DNA of 52,287 bases. Origin: a virus. Its lineage: Duplodnaviria > Caudoviricetes. Shown here in pieces: positions 44,893 through 52,287 of the stretch. The stretch's first letter is position 1; each line of letters begins with the position of its first letter. A program made the position numbers and the translations under genes. Below the pieces are notes generated by a model. That model did no database searches, was not told where the DNA came from, and saw nothing but the letters and a program-made list of their open reading frames with translations. Where the stretch lies: positions 1-52,287 of IMG/VR virus record IMGVR_UViG_3300035156_000067; one strand, written 5' to 3'.

Positions 44893-45818
44893 AGAAGGGC
44901 CAGAACTTTTACCGCCGTGATCCGTCCAAGGCGCTGTCAGGCATGATCGGTCTGAGCCTAGAGGAACGCGGCGTCTACAACACCGTCCTCGACCTGCTGT
45001 ACATGACATGGCGTCCCGTCGAAGACGACCGGCGCTTCATCGCCAACTGGTGCGGCTGCGCTGTCCAGAAACTGAACCCGGTCATCGTTCGCCTGATCGA
45101 GAAAGGGCGCCTCATCACCTTCGTCGAGGGCGGACGGACGTACCTGTCAGACGAGGCCTTCGAAGCCGAGCGCACGACCGTGAAAGGCGCTGCGACGACC
45201 CGCTCCGGAAGGGCTCAGGTCGAGGAGAAGTCAGAAGAAGTCGAGGAGAAGTCGGCAGGTGTCAGCCTAAACCCCGCAGTTCTCGATACCGAAACCGCCG
45301 AAAATCAATCGGTTACGCCCCTAGAGAAGAGTAGAGTAGAGAAGAATATACCCCCTAACCCCCAAGGGGGAAAACAGCGACGCCCCGAAACACCCATCCC
45401 CGATGGCTGCCCTAGCGCCGAGATCGTTGCCGCAATGCAGGCTGAGGCCCGGCAGGCTGGGGCAAACATCGATCTGACCCATGAGGGCCGACAGTTCCAC
45501 GACTGGTGGCTGGCCAAGGACGGGAGAAACCGGGATTGGGACGCCTGCTGGCGAACCTGGGCTCGCCGAGCGATCAAGGCCGCCCCCAAAACCGCTGCCG
45601 CAAACCTCACAAAGCCCTGTTCCGCTGGACAGGACGAGGTCTGGCGGCGACGCATTCGGGAGTTCAAGGCCAACCGCTTCTGGCCCGTCGACGATCTCGG
45701 TCCGCGCCCCGGCCACCCCGGCTGCAAGGCCCCCGTCCACGTCCTCAGCGACCTTGGCTTCAAGCCCGAACACGCCAACGACACCCCGCCCCTTCTCGCC
45801 AAGGATCAAGCCGCATGA
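44889..45818 (+). CDS. Replication initiator (DUF1376/YdaU N-terminus)
   Basis: LSLEERGVY..LLDL.Y N-terminus; F.DWW...DW.ACWRTW C-terminal domain; GTGA overlap. Confidence 0.8.
   Translation: MKKGQNFYRRDPSKALSGMIGLSLEERGVYNTVLDLLYMTWRPVEDDRRFIANWCGCAVQKLNPVIVRLIEKGRLITFVEGGRTYLSDEAFEAERTTVKGAATTRSGRAQVEEKSEEVEEKSAGVSLNPAVLDTETAENQSVTPLEKSRVEKNIPPNPQGGKQRRPETPIPDGCPSAEIVAAMQAEARQAGANIDLTHEGRQFHDWWLAKDGRNRDWDACWRTWARRAIKAAPKTAAANLTKPCSAGQDEVWRRRIREFKANRFWPVDDLGPRPGHPGCKAPVHVLSDLGFKPEHANDTPPLLAKDQAA
45219..45372. other. Putative replication origin within the initiator gene
   Basis: GTCGAGGAGAAGTC twice, 21 bp apart, followed by a purine/AT-rich tract. Confidence 0.5.
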
Positions 45819-47236
45819 CCGCGATCATTCCCCGTTCGACAGTCGTCGAGTTGGAAGCGCACCGCGCTCGTGCGCTCGAGCTATACGCCACCGCATGGGA
45901 GGCGCTGGAAGCGGCAGGCCGGGCCCATGGTCAGGCCACCGTGAAGGGCGGAACAGGCGGAATGATCTTCTCGACCGGCCGCTATGGCGACGCGAAGCAC
46001 TACAGCGCCCTCGCCGACCGCGAGCCGTTCCTCGATGAGGCCCGCAAGCAGATCGATCGCGGCATGTGGGATCACCTGATCTTGTCGACGGGCATTGAGC
46101 GACTGATGGACAAGACCGAGCGGGACGCCTTCCGCGATCAGCTATCTAAGGATCCGCCACCCGCCACCGCCGACAACGTCTTGGCCACCTTCGAGCGGCT
46201 GGCTGGGGAAGCGGGCATGATCTTCGCCCGAGGTTTGGCGCTGGCGTTCAGCAAGCTCGACCGCCGGTTCCGCTCCCACGATGGGTTCAAGATCGGTGCC
46301 CGGGTCGTCTTCAACAGCGGGTTCTCCGATGGTCGCTGGAACTACTATTCGAAGCGGGACGAGCATCTGCGTGACGTCGAACGGTGCTTCTACGTCCTCG
46401 ACGGCAAGGTGCAGCCGGACCGCTCAGCGGGCATCGTCGGCACTGTGGACCTCGCCCGCCCCGCGCTCTGGGGGCCCCAGGCCTTTGAAGCTGAGGACGA
46501 ATACTTTCGGGTGAGGGTGTTCAAGAACGGCAACGTCCACGTCTGGTTCAAGCGCGACGATCTGGTGGAGAAGGTCAACCTCGTCCTCGCCGACCACTAC
46601 GGCGCCGTCTTGGGCGCAGGCTCCGATGCTGCCGAACGAACGCACGAACCGACACGCGAAATGGCGAAGAACTTCGGGTTCTTCGAGACGCCGCCCGCCG
46701 TCGTGGCCCGGGTGATCGAGGAGGCGTATCTGCAGTCGGGCATGACCGTGCTTGAGCCAAGCGCCGGAAAGGGCGCGCTCGCGATCCCCGCTGGCCGGGT
46801 GACGGGACATGTGGTCTGCGTCGAAGTTCAGCCTGATCTCTGCCTCGCACATTGCGGCATCCTCAGCCCCGACGTCCTGTCGTCCATTCATGCGGACTTC
46901 CTCGACATGACGCCCGAACGGCTGGGCTGGTTTGACCGGATCGTCATGAATCCTCCGTTCGACCGAGGGCGCGACGTCGACCATGTCACCCACGCCATGC
47001 GGTTCTTGAAGCCCGGCGGACGCCTCGTGTCGGTGATGTCGTCAGGCACCGAGTTTCGGGAAGACCGGAAGACGCAGGACTTCCGCGCCACGGTCGAGCG
47101 GTTTCGCGGCAGCTTCCGCGACCTGCCGCCGCTGTCGTTCGCCGAGAGCGGAACGAACGTGAACACCGTGATGGTGACAATCAACGCCCCACTCGCCGCC
47201 GCCAACGATCAGACCAGCCAAAAGGAAGCCGCATGA
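45815..47236 (+). CDS. DUF4942-domain N6-adenine methyltransferase
   Basis: FFETP, VLEPSAGKG and MNPPF motifs; RVFKNGN.H..F; ATG at 45815. Confidence 0.85.
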   Translation: MTAIIPRSTVVELEAHRARALELYATAWEALEAAGRAHGQATVKGGTGGMIFSTGRYGDAKHYSALADREPFLDEARKQIDRGMWDHLILSTGIERLMDKTERDAFRDQLSKDPPPATADNVLATFERLAGEAGMIFARGLALAFSKLDRRFRSHDGFKIGARVVFNSGFSDGRWNYYSKRDEHLRDVERCFYVLDGKVQPDRSAGIVGTVDLARPALWGPQAFEAEDEYFRVRVFKNGNVHVWFKRDDLVEKVNLVLADHYGAVLGAGSDAAERTHEPTREMAKNFGFFETPPAVVARVIEEAYLQSGMTVLEPSAGKGALAIPAGRVTGHVVCVEVQPDLCLAHCGILSPDVLSSIHADFLDMTPERLGWFDRIVMNPPFDRGRDVDHVTHAMRFLKPGGRLVSVMSSGTEFREDRKTQDFRATVERFRGSFRDLPPLSFAESGTNVNTVMVTINAPLAAANDQTSQKEAA

Positions 47237-48039
47237 CCTCCGCCCGCATCCGCCGCAAACGTCAGAACAAGCCGTCCGCACCCCGTCAGATCGGGGCGAA
47301 CGACAACGCCAGCCTGATCGCGAATGACAACGGGACGCCCCAGGTCATCCGAGGCGTGAAGCTGACCGACAACCAGCGCCACCGGATGAGTGTCGCCGAG
47401 GCCCGGCTCGCCACTGACGACCTCGGAAACCGGCGCCTTGGCCAGCGGATGATGGAATCACTCGAGGAGGAGATCGCGGCCAAGGGCGTGGCCAACGATG
47501 TCGAGAAGGCGCTCACCGAACGGCGCGGGCTCGAGGCGCTGCGGGGTTATGAGATCGGCGCGTCTCAGGTCGAGGGCGCAGTCGGGACGCCGAAGGTTAG
47601 CCGCGACGGGCTGGAGACCCTGCTGACGGCCAATGCGATCGACCGGAACCAGCATGCGGCCGGGCTCCGATACCGGAACGACTACGAGGCCATCGACCCC
47701 GAAAAGGGCCTGACCCCGCCTTCCATCGACCAGACCCGCAACATCGTCAGGGGAGGTGACGGCTATGCGCAGAAGCGCCGGGAGATCGAGGAGCGAGTGT
47801 TCGGCATCCACTGCATGATCTTCGGGATAGAGCCGCCGACGTCGAAGGAAGATCGGAGATCGCTCCCGGCCCTGCCCGCCGGACACCCTGCCATGAGGGC
47901 GATCCATGCCCTGAACCACATCGCTGGGCGTGGGGACAACCTCGGCGACATGACCACGTCAGGGTCGGTTAAGGCCCGGATCCGCGAGGACTTGATCTTC
48001 GGGCTCGATGCGTGCGCTATCGTCTACGGGCTGGAGTGA
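47233..48039 (+). CDS. Putative late transcription activator/antiterminator
   Basis: Q-like position; L.....ID..QHAAGLRYR.DY and L..GLD motifs. Confidence 0.55.
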   Translation: MTSARIRRKRQNKPSAPRQIGANDNASLIANDNGTPQVIRGVKLTDNQRHRMSVAEARLATDDLGNRRLGQRMMESLEEEIAAKGVANDVEKALTERRGLEALRGYEIGASQVEGAVGTPKVSRDGLETLLTANAIDRNQHAAGLRYRNDYEAIDPEKGLTPPSIDQTRNIVRGGDGYAQKRREIEERVFGIHCMIFGIEPPTSKEDRRSLPALPAGHPAMRAIHALNHIAGRGDNLGDMTTSGSVKARIREDLIFGLDACAIVYGLE

Positions 48040-48042
48040 GCA

Positions 48043-48756
48043 ATGGTGAAGCGCTGCCGGATTTGTGGAGCACAGCCCACGGTGCGGGCCCACCTATTCC
48101 CACGCGCGCTCTCCAGCGACATCAGAGCTGGAGCCAAGCACGTCGTCGCGATCATGCCAGGGGCGCCTCGGCCAAAGTTCCACCAGTCGGGAGAGTGGAG
48201 CGACGAGATACTCTGCAGAGAGCACGAAGATGTCGCTCATGATTGGGAGGAATATGCGATCGAGTTTTCCCGTCGGTACAGAGCGTTCGCTCCGCCGCCA
48301 GGGGCTAATCTGAGCGTATCTGTTGCAAACCCCGACCCGGTGGCCCTCACGATGTTCGCCCACATCGTGGTCTGGCGTCACGCTGCCGCCTACTCCCACA
48401 TTGCGCGAGGCTTGGGACCATACTTCCTGCGTATCCAAGACGCGATATTCAGCGGTAAGCCACCCTTGGAAGTGGTTTTGATCGACCCTGGACACACTAA
48501 GGACGGAGCACGCGCGCGACTTGCAATCTGTCCAAGCCCTGGCCGACTGGCAGGCCGCCGCATCTTCCGCTTCGATATCGGAGGTCTCGGCTTCATCCTA
48601 CGGACCACCAATAAGCCGTTCGAGTGGCCTTTTGACGAAGGGTTCTCTGCCTCGCTCAACCCGCTTGTAGTTATCCAAAAGGACCCCCTCGATATCGGCC
48701 AGAACAAGTCCATCCGGAAATCAGTTCAGCAGGGTCGCTTGACACCGGAACGGTAA
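48043..48756 (+). CDS. Hypothetical moron with HNH-like N-terminus
   Basis: CRIC, AH.FP and LC..HE; visibly more A/T-ending codons than its neighbours. Confidence 0.6.
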   Translation: MVKRCRICGAQPTVRAHLFPRALSSDIRAGAKHVVAIMPGAPRPKFHQSGEWSDEILCREHEDVAHDWEEYAIEFSRRYRAFAPPPGANLSVSVANPDPVALTMFAHIVVWRHAAAYSHIARGLGPYFLRIQDAIFSGKPPLEVVLIDPGHTKDGARARLAICPSPGRLAGRRIFRFDIGGLGFILRTTNKPFEWPFDEGFSASLNPLVVIQKDPLDIGQNKSIRKSVQQGRLTPER

Positions 48757-48825
48757 CATGCGCACAAGCCCATAGCGCAAGACGCGCCCCAGACCGGCCC
48801 CAGCCCTCGCGGCGGGGTCGTTTCT
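48739..48825 (+). promoter_or_regulatory. Candidate late promoter plus leader terminator
   Basis: TTGACA at 48739; hairpin CGGCCCC..GGGGTCG at 48795-48820 followed by TTTCT. Confidence 0.45.
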
Positions 48826-48912
48826 CGTTCTAGACCCCGTCCATACTCGGCGCTTCGGCAATGGTTGGCTCGGGAGGATGGAGCGCGAAAGCCCGTATAA
48901 GCCGGAGGCCCG

Positions 48913-49362
48913 ATGACCCGAGAGATCGAGTTTGATCAGGTCGTGGCAGACTACATCTGCGAACACATCGCCGACGGTCGCAGCCTCCGCTCCATCTGCG
49001 GCGATACCGGGATGCCCGCCAAGTCGACGGTCTTCAAGTGGCTCGGTGCGGTCAAGGACTTCTCGGACCAGTACGCCCGCGCCCGCGAGGCCCAGGCTGA
49101 CAGCTACGCCGACGACATCGCCGACATCGCCGACGACAAGGCCCTCGAGCCCAATGACCGCAAGGTTCGCATCGATGCTCGGAAGTGGCTGGCCGGAAAG
49201 CTGCGCCCCAAGGTGTACGGCGACCGGCAGCAGCACGAACACGCTGGCCCCAACGGCGGCGCTATCCCCTTCGCCAACATGACCCGCGAAGAACGTCAGG
49301 CCCGGATCCGAGAGTTGCAGGAGCGACGCGAACGTGGCGCTGACGGATCAGGAGGAAGTTGA
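48913..49362 (+). CDS. terS: Terminase small subunit
   Basis: IADG.SLRSIC...MP..STVFKWL, QYARARE and RKWLAGKL.PK.YGD motifs. Confidence 0.92.
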   Translation: MTREIEFDQVVADYICEHIADGRSLRSICGDTGMPAKSTVFKWLGAVKDFSDQYARAREAQADSYADDIADIADDKALEPNDRKVRIDARKWLAGKLRPKVYGDRQQHEHAGPNGGAIPFANMTREERQARIRELQERRERGADGSGGS

Positions 49363-50938
49363 GCTACTCGCCCTCCTAGAGGCCCAGACAGAAGACGACC
49401 ATCGCGAGGCCGAGCGCGAACGCATCGAAGCCGAGGCTGGAGGATGGGAAGCCGAGAAGGCAAAATGTGCTGCCGATCCGCTCTACTGGTTCGACCGCTA
49501 CGCATGGACCTACGACCCTCGCCTCGTCGGTAAGCCCGGCGGCGCATTCGTCCCCTTCAAGCTCTGGCCTCGGCAGCGTGACTTCATCCTGTGGCTGAAG
49601 GCCCGGGTAGACGCCGCTGAGGAAGGCCTCGGGGAAAAGAGCCGGGACGTCGGGGTCACCTACCTATGCGGCGGGTTCGCGCTCTGGGCCTGGCTGTTCG
49701 TCCCCGGGTTCAAGTCCACCTTCGGCAGTCGCAAGGTCGATTACGTCGACAAGAAAGACGACCCCGACAGCATCTTCGCCAAGGTGCGGATCATGCTGTA
49801 CCGGCAGCCGGCGCAGTTCCTTCCAGCGGGCTTTAACCGGACCCAGCACGACAACTACATGCGGATCACCAACCCGGAGACGGGCTCGGTCATCACGGGT
49901 GAAGGCGGCGAGGACATGGGCCGGGGCGGTCGCTCCTCCATGTACGTGGTCGATGAGGCGGCCTTCGTCGCCAACGCCGAAACGGTCGAGAAGGCACTTT
50001 CCGGCAACACCGATTGCGTGATCTGGGTCTCGTCGGTCAACGGGATGGGCAACCTGTTCGCCCGCAAGCGTCACTCAATCCTCAAGCCCCACCAGATATT
50101 CCGCCTTCACTGGCGCGACGACCCCCGCAAGACCGAGGAATGGGCCGCCGCCAAGCAGGCCAGCTTCTCAGACCCGACGACATGGGCCTCGGAATACGAC
50201 ATCGACTACAGCGCCTCGGTCGAGGGCATCTGCATACCGGCCATATGGGTCGAGAGCGCGAAACGGCTGGCGGCTCTGGAGCCACGGCTTACCCCGTCGA
50301 ACCAAGGCGTCACCGGCCTCGACGTCGGCGCGGGCAAGTCCAAGTCGGTCGCCATCACGCGGCGGGGCCCGTTTGTCGAAACACCCCGTTCACGCGGCGA
50401 GCCGGACACGACAGAGACTGCCCATTGGGGTCTTGAGACGGCGAAGGATCACGGGGCCGCCTTCCTCAACTTCGATGCCCCGGGCGTCGGCGCTGGTGTG
50501 GCCTCGGCTCTGAAGCACAACCCGGTCGCGGGCCTCACAGTTTCGGCGGTCAACACCGGCCTGCCCCCGACCAAACGAATCTGGCCCGATGGCCGGACCT
50601 CGGAAGAGATGTTCGGCAACTCCAAGGCCGAAGTCTGGTGGCTCTGCCGCACGGCACTCCAGCGGACACACGAACACGTCGCCTTCCTCGATGGCAAAGC
50701 CAACGGCGTCGAACACAGCGTCACCGATCTGCTGGCCCTCACCTCAGGTGACCGGGAAAGCGACGCCCTCAACCTCCAGCTCTCGCTGGTGAAGTGGGGC
50801 CGCAACGAGAAGGGCAAGATCGTGATCGAAACGAAAGACGCCCTGAAGCGCCGCGGCATCGCATCGCCTGACTATGCGGACGCGCTGATGCTGACGTACG
50901 TCGACACGAAGCCCACCTACAGCCTGGCCAACGTCTGA
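49334..50938 (+). CDS. terL: Terminase large subunit
   Basis: EKSRDVGVT Walker A variant, VVDEAA Walker B, GLDV and SPD.ADA motifs. Confidence 0.92.
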   Translation: MALTDQEEVELLALLEAQTEDDHREAERERIEAEAGGWEAEKAKCAADPLYWFDRYAWTYDPRLVGKPGGAFVPFKLWPRQRDFILWLKARVDAAEEGLGEKSRDVGVTYLCGGFALWAWLFVPGFKSTFGSRKVDYVDKKDDPDSIFAKVRIMLYRQPAQFLPAGFNRTQHDNYMRITNPETGSVITGEGGEDMGRGGRSSMYVVDEAAFVANAETVEKALSGNTDCVIWVSSVNGMGNLFARKRHSILKPHQIFRLHWRDDPRKTEEWAAAKQASFSDPTTWASEYDIDYSASVEGICIPAIWVESAKRLAALEPRLTPSNQGVTGLDVGAGKSKSVAITRRGPFVETPRSRGEPDTTETAHWGLETAKDHGAAFLNFDAPGVGAGVASALKHNPVAGLTVSAVNTGLPPTKRIWPDGRTSEEMFGNSKAEVWWLCRTALQRTHEHVAFLDGKANGVEHSVTDLLALTSGDRESDALNLQLSLVKWGRNEKGKIVIETKDALKRRGIASPDYADALMLTYVDTKPTYSLANV

Positions 50939-52287
50939 TGTGGTTCCAGGACCGGCTTCAGAACCTCGTCAGCCAAATGGGCACGGCGAAGGATAAGCTG
51001 ACCGCATCGACGTATTTCGTTCAGGAGCTGACGCAGCAACAGGCTCTGGCCGCGTACCGCTCGGACTGGATCGCCCGTAAGGTCGTCGACATCCCTGCCT
51101 TCGACATGATCCGTGAGGGTCGAGACTGGCAGGCCGAGGCCCCGAAGATCGAACTGCTCGAGGCAGAGGAAGCCCGCCTGCAACTCTGGCCCAAGATGGC
51201 CAAGGCGCTAAAGCTGGCTCGGCTCTACGGCGGTTCGGCCATCATCCTCGGCACCGGTGACGCCAATCCTGCCCTCCCGCTCGAACCCGACAGGATCGGC
51301 AAGGGCGGGCTGGCCTACATCCACGTCGCCAGCCGCTATGACATCACGGCAGGTGCGATCAACAAGGACGCCGCTTCGCCGGGGTGGGGCGAGCCCATCG
51401 AATACACGATGGCGACCAACAACGGCGGAGGCCTCAAGCTTCACCCCTCGCGCGTCATCCCGTTCATCGGGGCCGAAGTGCCGGACATCAGTTATTCGCA
51501 GGGCTGGGGCGACTCGATTCTGCAGGCCGTCGACGAGGCAGTGAAGAACGCGGGGCTCGCCGCGACATCGATCGCCCAGCTTCTGCAAGAGGCCAAGATC
51601 GACGTCTTCAAGATCCCCGACTTCATGGCCAACGTGGGCGATGCCGCCTATCGCCAGAAGGTCGTCGACCGGTTCAGCCTCGCCCAGCAGGCCAAGTCGA
51701 TCACGAACGGCCTGCTGATGGATGCGGCCGAGGAGTACATCCAGAAGCAGATCAGCTTCGCCCAGCTGCCCGAGGTGCTGCGGCTCTACCTCCAGATCGC
51801 CGCCGGCGCGGCCGACATCCCGGCCACCCGGCTTCTGGGCCAGTCCCCCGACGGCATGAACGCCACGGGCGAGGGCGATCTCAGGAACTATTACGACCGC
51901 CTCGCCGCCGAGCAGGAAGTCTACCTCCGCCCCCGCATCGAGAAGCTGGACGAGGTCATGATCCGGTCCGCCTTGGGCTCCCGTCCGTCCGAGGTTCACT
52001 TCGCCTTCGCCCCGCTGTGGCAGATCAGCGAGAAGGAAAAGGCCGACATCTTCAGCACCAAGGCGACCGCCGCCCGCACCATCGCAGGCACAGGCGGCAC
52101 GTCCCCGGCTCTGATGCCCATCGAGGCCCTGTCGGACGCCCTGGTCAACGCCTTGGTCGAAGACGGCCACCTGCCCGGCCTTGAGGCCGCAATGGAAGAG
52201 TACGGGCGCCTGAGCGAGCAGGACGAAGACCCTGTCGAAGAAGCCGCTGCCCTAGGCGATCCGACCCTCGAACCCGACGAAGCCTAA
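50938..52287 (+). CDS. Portal protein (DUF1073-like)
   Basis: ARLYGG, HPSR, WG.S.L, IPATRLLGQSP.GMNATG..D..NYYD and F.PLWQ motifs. Confidence 0.92.
   Translation: MWFQDRLQNLVSQMGTAKDKLTASTYFVQELTQQQALAAYRSDWIARKVVDIPAFDMIREGRDWQAEAPKIELLEAEEARLQLWPKMAKALKLARLYGGSAIILGTGDANPALPLEPDRIGKGGLAYIHVASRYDITAGAINKDAASPGWGEPIEYTMATNNGGGLKLHPSRVIPFIGAEVPDISYSQGWGDSILQAVDEAVKNAGLAATSIAQLLQEAKIDVFKIPDFMANVGDAAYRQKVVDRFSLAQQAKSITNGLLMDAAEEYIQKQISFAQLPEVLRLYLQIAAGAADIPATRLLGQSPDGMNATGEGDLRNYYDRLAAEQEVYLRPRIEKLDEVMIRSALGSRPSEVHFAFAPLWQISEKEKADIFSTKATAARTIAGTGGTSPALMPIEALSDALVNALVEDGHLPGLEAAMEEYGRLSEQDEDPVEEAAALGDPTLEPDEA

Noticed and set aside
52161-52287. Terminal repeat as a biological direct terminal repeat
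   Set aside because: It is exactly 127 bp and lies inside the portal gene, typical of assembler k-mer overlap on a circular contig.

Overview
The window is an apparently complete, circularly assembled genome (about 52.16 kb plus a 127-bp end overlap) of a temperate siphovirus. The host is inferred to be an alphaproteobacterium, probably Caulobacteraceae, from GcrA-like and GapR-like genes, an alphaproteobacterial-type SOS box and ssrA-like degrons. Gene order: head, neck and tail (140-15345); holin-like genes, extra virion proteins including an SGNH esterase, M15 endolysin and spanins (15376-20923); a small SOS-box operon and an attP made of the 3' half of tRNA-Cys; a tyrosine integrase and a long leftward early operon (small accessory genes, two MTases, exonucleases, recombination genes); the cI/cro switch with TACG-N6-CGTA operators; a rightward early operon (CII-like, GapR-like, RuvC, GcrA, Gp88-like, DnaB, initiator, third MTase, late regulator); terminase and portal. 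Four features stand out. (1) About 14 hairpin-containing repeats of roughly 30-45 bp bracket accessory genes at 23.3-30.8 kb as inverted ends, like a gene-cassette array. (2) A C5 methyltransferase has a second, nested subunit with repeated WxTP modules in another reading frame. (3) Many early proteins carry encoded ssrA-like bipartite degrons (AND...AA-COOH). (4) A LexA-box operon is a candidate antirepressor for a repressor with no autopeptidase domain. All product calls come from motif recognition and synteny by eye; no database search was run.
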